This document shows, in pieces, positions 30,101 through 45,100 of a DNA stretch of 64,000 bases. Origin of the DNA: Antedon mediterranea (taxonomy: Eukaryota; Animalia; Echinodermata); contig NC_092671.1 in the NCBI RefSeq assembly GCF_964355755.1, positions 36,342,304 through 36,406,303 on the forward strand. Direction: 5' to 3'. The translations under genes were made by a program, and so were the position numbers. Each line of letters opens with the position of its first letter. Position 1 is the stretch's first letter. Under the pieces are notes generated by a model, which was given only the letters and a program-made list of their open reading frames with translations, was not told the DNA's origin and searched no databases.

Positions 30101-33100
30101 TTTAATTACTCCATCTAAATGAAGTTTTCCAGCTACATTTATAGAAACATATCCACCGCCTTTCCCATTTGTATTTGATTGTCCATTTCCACCATCACTA
30201 CCTCTTAACAAAGTAGATTTATAAGAGCCATAATACGAACCACCAGGTGAATTTGATCCATATCCTCCTGCGCTTGCATGTCCAGCACCCGCACCACCTT
30301 CGGTGTTATCACTACCTTTCCCAATAGTCTCTGAAATGCTGTCCTCAGGTCTATCTTCAGCTGAACATGTCAGAATTGCTCCTTCCTCTAAGTTTAGTAC
30401 TGAAGAAAGAAGCTCAATATGTTCAGCAGATATCTTAGCTGCATATTTCGCATCAAATTCAACAACGCTACATCTCATTCCAACGTCTGGTGCGAACTGC
30501 ATTGTTGACTCACTCAGTAGCTGCAGAGTAGCAAACCTAAATTCGCCAGGCTCATCAATATATTCATATTTTCCATCTAAATACATGGCCGTATGAGCAT
30601 ATTTCATAAATTGAACTGTAGATCCCTGATTTATTACTAAATGCGCGACATTGATTAACTGTCCGTTAAGATCAAAAGAAACAGTATTCGAGTTCAGGCC
30701 TTCTCCAATAACATAAAGTGTTTCTGGAAATAAGATTGTAGCACTTTCGTCAATGATAAAATTAACTGGTGGTTTGCTAACTGTTGGAACCGATTCAACC
30801 ACTTCAATTATGAATGAGTGATTGAGATGAGCATGTAGTAATCCACTGCGATCACCATAAACATTATGAATAACTAATTCCTTATCAACAGATGTTTCTG
30901 GAAAATGGAGAGACGACTTACTAGGCATATGCACCTCATCAAACTCATAAAAGTCCATGTTGGTTTCATTGAGGGTAACATATTGGCGAATATCTCTATC
31001 CAAATTGTTGATAAACAGTCGTTTGTAGGTATCAGAGTTTTTGGGTTCTTGTAAATACACTGTACCTGAGCCACCGCTATTTGTTAAATGATCAGATCCA
31101 CTACCACCAACACTTATGAACATGCCTTTATATTCATTGGTTATATTTGTGTACACAGCAATTCTTCCACCTGAACCACCCCCTTTATTTGTACCTCCTT
31201 TACCCCCATCAGCAGTTGCTTTTCCATATCCGTTCATTTCAGTGGAAACAATCAACATACTTCCAGCACTTCCACCTCCTCCTTCATTATATGTATCTCC
31301 TCCAGAAACTGTTAATTCACCATCTAAAATGATATTACTAGCATCAATGTACATAGTACCACCACCTTTTCCACCACTACCATCACTTCCTCGGCTCCCT
31401 TTGTTTGTAGGCAAGTACAGTGATCCATATGGTTTGCCACCCGTTGCTGCATTTGAGGTTATTCCACCAAAACTGCCATGTCCAGCTCCTGTACATTTTC
31501 CTCCCTTGCATGTACCACTACCAGTACTAATGTCAATATCATTTGAATCTTTTCTAGTATTACCATCACATGTAATCAGACCACCAAGTTCAACATCCAA
31601 TAGAGAATATTTTCCATGATGGAAGTCAGAGGCTACCGTTGCATAAAACTTGATCATTAAACGACCTATATTTATGATAGATCCCATGTCGTTAGCAAAT
31701 ATCCATTGACTCCCACTAAACATTTCTACAGTTCCAAATGTAAATTCTCCTGCGTTCGATGAAGATGAAACGCCTGATGTTGAAAACTCTGCTGTCTGTG
31801 CAGTTTGGGTAACTTTCATTACTCTATCTTCAGCAAGGATAAGATCAATCACTCCAGCTAACGTTCCAGATAAATCCAGAGCACTGTGTTGATCTACAGT
31901 ACCAAGAAGTTGTGTCTTTGAAGACATAATCAAAGTTCCACCGAGGTCAACTTTAAGATTGATTTTAGTCTTACTAGCAGTGTTATTGGTCTCAAGTTCA
32001 CGCTCAACAAACATTGTCTGCTGTTCATGAATATGAACTAAACCAGATCCGTCGCCAACAAGCTTTCTTATTGTGAAAGTAGTATTAAGTTCCTCTTTAA
32101 CTTCCATTTCAAACATAACATTATTACTGAGATCTATCTCATCTATAAAACCATCATCCCATTCTTCTGCAAGTGTAAAGAAGAGATCAGTTTGTCCATT
32201 CTCATTATCAACAATAAGTTTTTCAAACCAGGTACTGTTGTCTGATAATTTTGTCTTGATGTAGATCGAACCAGGTCCTCCGTCGTTACCACCATCCCCA
32301 CCGGCAGCCTCATATTTACCTATGAACATATCAGTGCCATGAACATAACTGGCAATGCGTCCACCTCCACCACTACCTGAGCCAGACGTACCAGACCCAC
32401 CATTTGCTGAAAACATACCAGTACCCCGAAGACTCTCATAACATATGATGTATATACTTCCTCCACTGCCAGCTCCAGTACTACTTGATTCTCCATTAGC
32501 CAAAATATTTCCATCAAGATTTAGTTGGTTTCCTGACAAATAAACAGTTGCACCGCCTCTGGCCCCTCCACCACCACTCGTTCCTGGATGTATTGGATTG
32601 TAGATTGAACCGAAAGAAGGGGCAGATGGATTTCCTCCTCCAGGCCCACCATAGCCACCACCACCATTACCAACTCCTCCACTAGGATGGGTAAGGTTAA
32701 AACCTGCTTTAGCAGACACATCGATTACAGCATTTCGTTCAAGAATAAATACTTCTGATGTTATATCAACAAAATCATATGTTAAAGTAACAGAACCCTT
32801 GATGTCTAATAATTCAGTAGTTAGTTTAAGACCAGTGTTTACAATTTCCAATAAAGACCCTCGTTTAAGCACCAAACTGGTAAATAAAAATGTTCCTGAA
32901 TCACCAATTGGTGTGAACCCATCTACTGTCAATCTACCGGCAGTTGATATATTATACAGTCTCAGTATTCCATTCTCTTCTATTGACACCGTTTCAGCTA
33001 CAAATTTCCCCTCGATGTCAAGTGTTGTTCCATCAACCACCAAATAGTATGGGAAGATGACAGTCGATGAGCTATCTACAATGATGTTAACTGTTGTTAA

Positions 33101-36100
33101 CATGTGACCGAATACATTTTCAAAGTCTCCAGCATACATTGTCTGCATATTATTTGCATAAATTGTAGCACTCTTGTCCCCATTAAGTTGCTTGATATAA
33201 ATGTCATTCTGAGTACCATTAAACAGAAGTGATGCACATCCTAGAATAGAATAATTTTAGATATATTTTACACAGATTTAGTATATTCATTATTATGAAA
33301 GTAGAGTATGGGGTCAGACAGTATTGAAGTTTTGTTATATTACACTAACATATCAAAAGCTTTAATGTATACAATTTACATAATATATGTTAGTAATAAA
33401 TGTCATTAAATTTTCTTTTTAATGTTTCCAATTATTATAACCATGATTTGTAGGTGTGGCAAGTAATTTACTTTCAAAAATGTAAAAACAATGTTTCACA
33501 TCACTGATTATTAAACTATAAATACCTTCTACTAAAAGCGTATCCATATCAAAGTCTTCCGCTTCAGTTGTTAACACAGATTTTGAGAACATCGGACAAG
33601 GACTCTCTTTTCCACCGTCGATGCTCACATGATATTCAGGAAATCCAGACAATTGAGTTTTGACAAAAATAGATCCTGCTGCCCCAACTACAATATTTAT
33701 ATCATCTGTGTTACTTCCGGCTCCATAACAGGTTATGTCACCTTTAAATCCAAAGCTTAAATGATAAAAGCAAATTTATAAACTGGTAAATTTAGACATA
33801 GGTAATACACATTGTAACATAATAATGGATCCGTGTTGGCTCACAATGGATAGTACATACAATTTGTTTGTTGTTTCAGTCAATTTTTGTTAATTTTTTA
33901 CAAGTTTACATCAAAACACCTACTAGAAACTCTGAATATATAATGACATAAAGGAACAAAATACAATTTAAGTAAATATATTTATTTATATTTCTATAAA
34001 ACCTAAGTATGGTACAAAAATGTCTTAACAGAAATATGTGATGGCCTTGGTAAAGTTATGTATCCTTTCTACAATGACAATTAAACAACAGAAAACAAGC
34101 ATCTTACTCATTTTGTACATGGAGAGCTATTCTTCCTCCAGCACCACCAGATCCAATTCCTTGACCCTTACCACCGTTGGCTGATAACTTACCAGCACCA
34201 ACAATATCAGAAGCTGTAATATACACTCCACCTCCACTACCACCGCCGCTATTACTAGTTCCATCTTCTCCATTAACAATAATGTTTCCTTTAAATTAAA
34301 GTTTGATTTTTTATAATATAAATTGTGTAATTTTCTTAAAATAAAGTCATCAATGTTTGTCTTTTCATTCATTCATCAGTGGAAAATTACTTCCATTTAG
34401 TGTCATTTGCATATAACATATACATAAAAATTATGTTTGAGATATACAACAGATAATGAATAAGATTAAGAATTTTTACCTTGTAACAACAGATTTCCAA
34501 TGATCTTTAGATTTAGATATCCGCCCCCAGCACCACCAGCTCCAGAAGCACTACCTCCACCACTTCCTGGCAATGATGGATGCTCCATTGACCCGTACCA
34601 AAAACCACCTTGACTATCAACAGTCCTGTCATAACCACCATAACCTCCATATCCTGCACCGGTACCTTGAATGCCCGTCTGAAAAGAACATTAATATAAT
34701 ATTATTCATTGAATACACAGTCAGTGGCATAACGTAGAGACCTGAGGCCCCTGGTTTAGGAACCCTGATGCTAAACTAAAGACTTACTGAATTCCCAGCT
34801 CCAAATCCTGTATCACTGGGTTCTCCACCACCAGTCAGATCAATTGTTGCACCAGGATGAACGATAACCTCATTACTTTCCAAAAGAAGCCTGTGAGCTA
34901 TAAAGACTGCACCATACTCCAACTCCAAATAATCAATAGACAACGGTTCAGTTTGATTTTCAGAAGGCTTAGGTAGTGTCAGTTGTCCATGGTTTTCTAC
35001 AACTAAGCTTGCAAGCCTGTACACACCTGGTGGTGAGTAGCGGTAACTACCACCAATATTTAGAGATGTTCTTCCAACCGAGGATAGTGTTACTTTCTGA
35101 TTTGCACCAATTATCATATTGAATATGTTAGTGAGGATACCTGAAAGAAAGGATGGTAAACCTGTAAATTACATGGACATTGTTAGTGCTATGTTAGTAA
35201 TAATTACCTGTATTTAATAAAGCTCACTAATTTAATGATACTTGTATTGTAATTCTAGAGAGTTGTAGATTTAAATAAATTTAAATATTATTGAGTGTGA
35301 ACAATTTGAGGGCATATCTTCAATATTACAATAAATTATCTCTGCACACATTCAATGAAATAAATGAGCTGTTGTAGACATTAGCTTGATCCTGTGTTTG
35401 TATTTTGGCAAAAACTATTTTTCATTTTTTTGGGCAACATACCTGATAAGTCATTGTCTGGTCCTTGGAAGTTAACAGTGGGTGGCAGACGAAGCTCTCC
35501 CTCCTGATGCAATTGGATACTGCATTTTATGACAGTTTCATCATATTGTTCATCAATTCCAAGTGACATCGTGTCATGAATCTGAATCACACTTTCTTTA
35601 TCACAATAAAAACGATCGGTTGTGACTGTTATTTCCTCACCAGATAATTTCAAATATATGTGACCTTTAACATGAAGTTCATTAAATTCATGCTCAGAAA
35701 TTTCAGTTTCGTTGAGGAGTGTCGTTGGAATTTTATCATCTGCAGTGACTTCTGAGTTATCGATAAACAGCTTGGATGATTTCACACGATCAATAATCTG
35801 AACTTGATAATAAGTTCCTGATCCGCCAGACTGACTCTGACTATGAACTTTTTTCCCACCGTTAATGACAGCTGATCCCGTAAAAAGTGAAGTGGTTTCA
35901 ACTTGTGTAACTATACGCCCACCTCCTCCAGCGCCTCCACCGCTACTACCACCGTCTCCTCCAACAACATTCATTAGGCCAGATCCAATAAATGAGTACT
36001 TTACATCAAGAACTATAGTTCCACCGCTACCTCCACCAGCCGTGTTACTGCCTTCCATTCCACGTGAAGAAACGGTACCATCTAGTCTGAGATAATCAGT

Positions 36101-39100
36101 ATTAAGTATGATAATACCACCTCCGGATCCACCTGATGTTCCATCTGAACTTCCCCCACCACTACCATGATCAGATATGTCGTATAAACTACCATAAGAA
36201 CAGGTTGAAGGTTCAACACCAGACTTTCCACTTCCACCACATCCTCCATAGCTTCCACCAGATCCGCTGACTCCATCCCAGATACCAAGACCGGGTCCAT
36301 TATTGGAAGTAAAACCACCACCATCACTTCTAATAATTCCACCATAATCAATTTCTATATATGGTGAATCCACCTGTAACCAATCTGATTTGATTTCAGC
36401 CAAATAACGAAGATGGATATCGGTTAAGATAATCAAAGATATCTTGGTACTGTCGCTGTTGAATGTGATTGATCCTGATCCTAACACATGCAGTTCATCA
36501 AAGGTGAATTCACCAGGAGAATCTTGGAATTGTGCATTAGCTGTACTGGCTTTGCTATCAATAATTATGTTTGAATTAGCTCCAACATTGAAATTGGTTA
36601 CGCCATACAATACTCCCATCAGATGAAGAGAAGCACGATCTTGTATATTTGCTTGAAAAATAACATTACTAGCCAGACTGATTTGTGCATATTTTTCTAC
36701 ATGTAAGGCAGTTGTCATGGGGTATAAACTTGCCCCATAATCTGCAGCAATGGATACAGATTGATTCTGCTTTACCAACATAAAACCAGTGTTATCACCT
36801 GTCAGGCTAGTAACTGTAACCACTTGACTGGCATCTGTTAAAAATTCAACTCTTCCGTGTCTTATGCAAGTAAGATCAAAAGGTGTGTTTGATTGTAACA
36901 ATATGGTATTCATTTCAGAAAACCTATCATCATTATCTACAACAACTGTGTCCACAATTGATCCTCTACATAGAACTTTTGTATAAATTGTACCTGCAGC
37001 TCCAACTTTATTACCTCCTCCACCAAAAGCATTTATTTGTCCTTGGAAATCATTGGTCTCATCTAAGTAAATAGCAATTCTACCACCACTTCCTCCACCA
37101 CCGCTTTGAGATCCACTACCACCATTAGAGTAGACATAACCATGTCCTTCCATTCTTGAAGATTTTATAAGAATGCTGCCACCCGCCGCTCCTCCTGGTA
37201 ATGAATTTTGCCATGATTGTCCATTTGCTGATAATATTCCATTCAGTTTTATTGTGTTAGTGATAGTCATACGCAAAACACCACCACCTCTTGCACCCCC
37301 AGCAATACCACTTCCAACATCTGATGGATTTGAGAATGAGCCATAAGCTTCACCAGGTAGTCCAGATATTACACCACCATAGCCTCCATGACTTGCACCT
37401 GAGTTAGTATTGTCAGGTGTTCCGACTCCAGTTGTGTTTCCTTGTCCATTCACATCAATCGTAGCATCTGTTTCTAGAATTGCTGTATTGAGCTCGAAAA
37501 TAAAGGCATTTAGATCAACTTCACCCTTGATCAGTGAACTATACAACATTATCAAAGAATTACATGTTACATTAACTACCTCATCATAGAATGTTACAAC
37601 TGAATGTTCTCCCATAAATAGTTCTTCTAATTTAAAGTCTCCAGATGTAGATACTTGGCCTACACTGCCACCAGAAGAGATGTCCAATGTAGCACTACCA
37701 CCCAACTTAACATAATCCGTTTCAATTTGACCAGTAGGACCAACTGTGGCAACACAGCCTCTACAAATGGATAGTTTAGGACTCCTGAGCACACCATCAA
37801 CAGTTACTGAAATTGTCTCAATTTCGTTTGTATATTCCAGGTTAGGCATAATATCTAATGTACAGTTAGTGAATACATTGAAACTACACCTCGGACCTAG
37901 ATCACTGTTACCAAACTTGGTGATGTATACTGTGGAGCCATTTACGATGCTCATATAGCCAGTTAAGTCACCATACAGTGTTTTTATGTCAAGGTTAGTT
38001 GATATTTTGATTTTAGAAGATGTGTTTAAATGAACTTCATTCAGTACATAGATATCCTCAAGCAAAGCAGATGACAATACAGTTGGTTGATCACAAATTC
38101 CATTGATGATAAGCTTTGTGTAGCTGTCATCTGTATCAGAAGTGTCATCAACAAATATTGTTCCTGCGGATCCACCAGATGAACCTTTAGCATTCATTTC
38201 ACCAAAGAAAGATGTCATATCATTAACATGAAGAGCAATACGTCCACCGCCACCTCCGAGTCCAGACTTTCCTGACCCTCCATGAGAGAGAAAACTTCCA
38301 TGACCTGTTATTGTGTGAGCTTTAATGGAAATGCTACCGCCACTTCCTCCACCTCCGATTGATGAGCTAGCCCCACTTGTGTCAATTGTACCATCTAAAT
38401 GAAAGGTAGTAGTTACTTCTATAGCAATTTGCCCTCCTCCATTTCCTCCATTAACTCCAGCAGTACCACATTTCATTGGTTCCGGTATACTCCCATACAA
38501 GTAATTTGAATCAGTTTGCCCACCACCAAGACCTCCATAGCTACCTCCAAAAGATTCCAAGTCATCTGCTGTCTTTCCTTTACCCTTAGCATTGATCTTA
38601 GCACCAAGACTTACATATAGTTCACCAACTGTTAAAGTGAATATGTCACTTGTACAGTTATTTGCGACTATTATTTCTGCTCCATAGTCTAACATCACTT
38701 CATCATAAACATGAGAATCACTGGATAGATAGCATGATTGATTCTGGTTCAAATGTAGTGTGTTTGTTTTTGGGCAGTCAGTGATTTCTAAATCTCTCGG
38801 AGAAGGCAAAATAAGTTCGGTGTCCTCTGTAGCTAAAAATGTGTTATTTGTAAAATTTGATCCATAACCAATCACCCATCTGTTTGCGTCAATGCGCATT
38901 GGATAGTTGGCATTATTTCGACAATCTGTTGCTCCTTTCATTATACCACCATATAATATATTTAGTTCAGTAATCCTAAATTGTCCTTCAATTCGTTCTT
39001 CTGATCTTGTTGGGTAACCCATTTCAAGTGCACCGCCATTATAAACAGTCAGTTCTCCCAATTCCAATCCATTAATAGTTCCACATGTTTCTAACCTTAT

Positions 39101-42100
39101 ATTATCTCTCAGAGTTACTGCAAGAGGTACAGTTACAAGGCCCATATCTGTCACTTTTATAGATAACGGTAAGTCTAATTGATCTGTATCATCAAACGAT
39201 GAACAGCTAGATGGATATTTATTTGAAATATAAGCGTGTACTCTGCTTCCAATATATAGTTGTCCAGATCTATCACCTTCTAAAGATTCAAAACAAAATG
39301 TTGTTTCAATTCCAAAAATTGTATATAGGGTTAAAAGACCGCCATGTGAGATGTCTAGAATATTGATGCTAACCGAGTCCACGTCTTGACTGTATGAAAT
39401 AGATGATGATAATGAAGAAGCTCTGTCACAATTGCGAACAATAAGCTGTTGAAAAAAAAATTGAGCTTTGAGTTAATTCAGTTAATTTAAAAAAATGAAA
39501 ACATTGAAAAGAAGTAATTGCATACAAACGAACATACCTAAAAACCAAGAGAATTTAAAACCTATTCCACAAAAAATACACAAAAACAAATTCCTAAAAT
39601 GTAAGCAAAATTTAAACTCATGTAATTAAAATACATAAATAAAAATAGTAAAAAAAGTTCAAAATTACAAGGTATAACTATCGGAATAAATAAAAGCTTT
39701 GTCTACACTATCAAAGAAGTGTGATGTGCCTAAATATGGTAGTGATATGTCCAGATATGGTAGTGATATGTCCAGATATGGTAGTGATATGACATAATCA
39801 TGTCCATATATGGACACATCACATTTTTTTGTCACATAAAGTTTGATAGTGTATAGATGGTCAACCTCTTGCAATCCCAGACAACTCCCTACTGAAACAG
39901 CAAACATAAATGACATGTGTTATCAATCATTTTATTTGTATAATAATCAGTATACCTTAGATTTTTGTTCTCCGTCGGTTTCATATTCAATGTATATAAA
40001 TCCAGCAGCCCCGTTATTTAACCCAAGTCCACCGCATGCTATTGGATCAACAACATTAGTAATCTGTGGGCTTATAATAGAAACGAATCCACCAGCTGCA
40101 CCTTCCCGGAAGTATTCTGATGATTTTGAATTGCCACCACTAACATCGATAGCACCTATGGTAAAGATATTGATAACGATTATCTTATTGGTTTTCTCCC
40201 AACTTGAATATGTTTATATGAGGGCCCCTTGATTTTAATCACATGCTGTTTAGGGCCAACGTCTATAAATAAGATTTCTTTTTAGTTGTTTTTTAGATCA
40301 TTATATTTATTTTCAAAAAGATAACAAACATTCTATTATTTGGTTAAATTATTTTCATATCTCGATATATTTTATTCAACATATAAATATGGTACAAATA
40401 CAAACTAATTATAAATGATTATAAATATGGCAGTCCAAAGAGTTGAATGGCAATAATAAATATATATATCAAACTAACATCAACAAAGTTACACAAAAAA
40501 ACACAATATACAAAAACAACCAGCATGATAACAAATTATGGAATAAACAACTAGATAACAATTTAACATGGAGATGTTTTGTTTGTACACTTCACTAATA
40601 TTGACTTTGAAGGCTTATACATAGATACCTGTAGTGTAGAACAAATTTAAATAGCTATACTCGAGTGGTCTACCAGTAAATCATTGGCAAATAAATTACT
40701 TTGTATAAAATATAAATACCTGTGTTTATAAACACCAGACTGGCTTCAATCCATATACTTCCACCAGCACCGCCACAACCAATTAGTCCGATTGTGATAT
40801 CCTCACCTCTGTAAAAGTCAAATATTTTTTCAAAAACAACTGTACATTACTTTTACATTTTATAGAATTACTTTACTTTGACATGCAATAGATTTTCTTT
40901 TATAGCAAAACTGAATTTTATGCCTTTTTGATGTGTTTTCTACTACTTTTACTTTCTTATTTCAAGTGTTTTGTATTTTTTGTCTTGTTTTGTCCTGCAT
41001 ATACTTGGTCCTCCAAGCTGTCACCTGGGATGTTTGGTACATTCTTATGTTTTTACTTGAAATAAAGGATGATTTTACTACTAATTATTCATTATGTACC
41101 TTGCTGATATTTGTCCTCGATTTTCCAAATTAGTACATTTCAGATGTAAAGCTCCACCACCAGCTGGCACTTCTGCAGTGTTACAACTAGCACAGCTACC
41201 AGATCGTCCCAACATTGTTGGCGAAGTTACGTTATAAAAGAGTAGATCAACACCCTCGCTACAAGTAACACCTACAAATAAATTGAAATTTATTAAACAG
41301 TTTAGGCTCTGCTTTGGTTACAAACAAAATTTGCTGCTTACTTCACCACAAAAACTTTATAAAATCAAGAAAACAAAATTGAAAGATTTACAGTGATAAC
41401 TTTAAGATAACCTCAATCATTGAACGCGTTCTTAGTAAAAGGGCATTCATTTTACTTAAGTTTGGTATTGGTACAGTGTGGTAGTTATTATTACTAGCAA
41501 TTGTTTCAGCTTTGATAAATTTAGCAAATAATTGTATTGCAAAGGTAATTCAAGAGTAACTTACAGTACTGACTACAAATCATGTACCATAACCCGCGTT
41601 TGTCGCGCGTGTAAAATATGTGTAATTGCCGCGTGCCTGTATTTGCCGTGTGGACCATGACGTCATCACTTTGTAGCTTTTTACTGGTAAAATATGGAAC
41701 TCCCGGTACGACGCCCGCGACAACACACACGTGGGTATCAGTTTGTTTTGTTTCTATTGTTTAGGCCTACCATCATATTTATGTAATCTGAACCCGCCCG
41801 TTACTGTATGTAACAAAGTTTATTTTTTCTCTATTGTTTAGGCAAACAATAAATAAGAAAGTTTATAGAATTCATGTAAATTGTTTTTCATCGGGGTTTT
41901 GTTTAGAGTTCACGTCGTATTATTTTATATAATGTGAGGCGTACAGTGAGAAGTGTACAACAGGGAGGCTAGAATAGAGAGCTACTGTACCTAAGCCCCC
42001 CACAAAAAAAAAACATATTTAGCGATCTTTAATAGGTCAATAAATAGCCTAATAATAGTAAAATTATAAAATGATGTTTCCTTGTATTTTCGTAACCGTA

Positions 42101-45100
42101 ACCCAAATATTTAAATTAAAATACAGCGCTAGTGTTTTAGGCCAAGTACAGTATTCGCTCAAATAACTGTGAATGGGTTTTCCGCCGTTCGGTGTAGAAA
42201 GTAAAATTATTACGTTCTTCTAACACGTTTATTACATGTCTTTTAGTATATTTCTATCTAACATGTCTGCATTGTATACTTGCTTTATACATTCTCTGCT
42301 TATGAAACGACTTAATAAGTTGCTAAATTGACGTTTAAAGCAGATATTTGTCTGACATCAGCCCATGTTTATAATGAAAACAAAACAGGGTTCCGAAAAT
42401 GGTACAGTCCAAAATGAGGTGTGCAATTAAATAGGTCAATAAATAGCCTAATAATAGTAAAATTATAAAATGATGTTTCCTTGTATTTTCGTAACCTTAA
42501 GCCAAATATTTAAATTAAAATACAGCGCTAGTGTTTTAGGCCAAGTACAGTATTCGCTCAAATCGGGGCTGTAATTATAAGAGAACTGATTTCCCCTGGA
42601 CGGGAAATGGTAAAAACTTGTATTTATTCGACCTCGCTTCTCTCTCGCTCTGGCTGTGTGCGGAGGAGAATCGCTCCAACGTGGTCCGGTTTCGTGGAGC
42701 GATTAATGGTCCAGTCCGTAACAGGGGTGTACATTAGTTACCGCGCTAAATACATGCATGTCAATACTGGCGTTGTAATACTATATGAATGTTTTCCTCC
42801 CCGACGGGGAATGGTAAAACCTTTATGTTATTATTTGGCCTAGCAACTGTGTGTACTCAATGGATGAACTCTACAACGTGGTGCGTACAGAAAGTACGTC
42901 ATTCGGCCACCAGCAACGATCGTGTTTTGAAAGATATTGTTGGGTCTTTTCTACCTTGTTTTTTTTAATGAGTTTTCTCAAATACTTAATAAATATGACT
43001 TAAAAATATATATAAACAAACCCTGAAAGCAAACTAGGCCTAGAATAGTAGTACTGTACTCCCGGTAGTAGGCCTACTAACTAGGCCTAGTATCTTTCAA
43101 TCACAGACATAATTGCATCATGATTCATGAAGGTTTTTACCTCCAGGATTCATTGCACTATGATAAATAAATCGATTTTTTATTTCAAATAGGCCTATAT
43201 TTTGTTATATAAAATGGTATGTTATGCTGTACTGTAATTCCAGTTATTGTCTGTTTGATCAACAAATTATAAATACAGTTCGCTGCAGTTGAATTACTCA
43301 ATGCAGTAATGCATGAGTGAATATGGACAGTATTGTTAGTACCTAATTACACGCGAGTCACGCGTTTTTCACACCCGTGTAAAATGTGTGGGCTTGGTAT
43401 ATGATATGTAGTCAGTACTGTACCATTGTTTTCACCACCATAGTCCAGATTAATGAATCCGCCTTCCTCTACAAATATGTCTGCTGCAGTTATTTCAAGA
43501 TTTCGTCCTAAAACACTACCACCAGAATTAACAGACAATTCTTCCAAATGTAAAGTAAATTTCTTGTGTGTACCAGTCATTTCAATGGATCCTCCTGCTT
43601 CCACATTTACAGTATTGAAAACAAATTCCCTTTCCTTCTCAGAAGAAACAATAGTGTGTTCACTTAAAATAAGCTTTCCTGAACTGACTGATAGATCAGT
43701 GGTACCTTCGAGAGTGCCACTGATGGAATTGGTAGTTCCATGCATCATTATTTTCTTCGGTAGTTCAAGATAACCATTTTCATAAACATTAATGTTTACT
43801 GGAATATAATAAACAGATGATATGATTTTCACTGTTTGACGAGAGCCAATGTGGATGCTGCCATAACGCGAGCTATCTTTGACGTCTTCGCCAGTAAGTT
43901 TCATTACATCAATTTCTACTGATTCTACACCAGGTTCAATAGCAACATGAGCTCCTCCTTTAATCGTAAATTGCCGTATTTCAATGAACCTAGTGAAGTC
44001 ACTGTACGACAACCATGTCATTCCACCTAGTTGGCTAAAGTCATCGTAACTTGAAATAATGTTCTGAAAAAATAAGAACATGTATTTTCTGTAACTTAAA
44101 ATAAAACTAAGGCTCTTTCTACACTATAAAAACTAGTTTGACCCAAAAGTGTGATGTACCCAAATATGGTAGTGATCTGCCCAGATATGGTAGTGATATG
44201 ACATCATCGTGTCCATATATGGGCACATCACATTTTTTGTCACATAAAGTTTTATAGTGTAGACAGAGCTTAATAAGATAAAAATCTGTATAAGCCATAA
44301 ATTTATTACTTTCATTTGAAATATTAGTTTTAAGGTAAATGACATAAATTTGTAAAAAACTACCTCATTTGGATGTTGTCCACGGTTATCGATAATAATA
44401 TTTGAACTTTCTTCTGATTCAATTTCCCAGAAAATTGTTCCAGCTGCACCTGGTTCTACTGACGACCTCCCACCATAACAAGTCATTTCTCCATCAAAAG
44501 TACTGCTAGTTATAGCATAAACAGCAATCCGTCCTCCACTACCACCGCCACCAAACTCCCCATCACCTGAAGAACATCAAGATATGGTATGACTTAAAAA
44601 CAACCAAACAGAAGTGTCCAATGGTGGAAGTTATACTGGGTATTGATATTCTGTACATACACTTAATTATTTTCACTGATGCATGTGTATGTGCAACTAT
44701 TGTTATTTCGCCGTACCACGTCGGGGTGTTAAAGAGTCATTATCAAATCATATTTGAACCATGAAAGCCCCAGTAAAGCTCTGTCTACACAGACAACAAC
44801 ATTGTTATGTGCCCAAATATGGTAGTGATATACATCATCATGTCCATACTATATGGACACATGACATTTTTTTGTCACATAAAGTTTGATAGTGTAGACA
44901 AAGCTGTCTGCAAATCAAGGAAAAATTCCTGGTTTGAAGCTTAGTAGTTCTCAAAGATTTCCTCATCTTTCCTCACCGTTTAAAAATAAAATTAATAAAT
45001 GAATTTTCAGTACATCACTGGGCGGAATTTCTATATTCTATCTGCAAAATTATATACAATATTTAAGTCTTATCTTACCATTTCCTCCATTGGATTGTAA

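Noticed and set aside
255-39382. The 1000-2000 aa ORFs as separate (prokaryote-like) genes or an operon
   Set aside because: Each is bounded by AG/GT splice sites, their tails are intron read-through, and they join in frame
42607-42843. 78-aa ORF inside the transposon as a transposase remnant
   Set aside because: No HTH or DDE/D motifs recognisable
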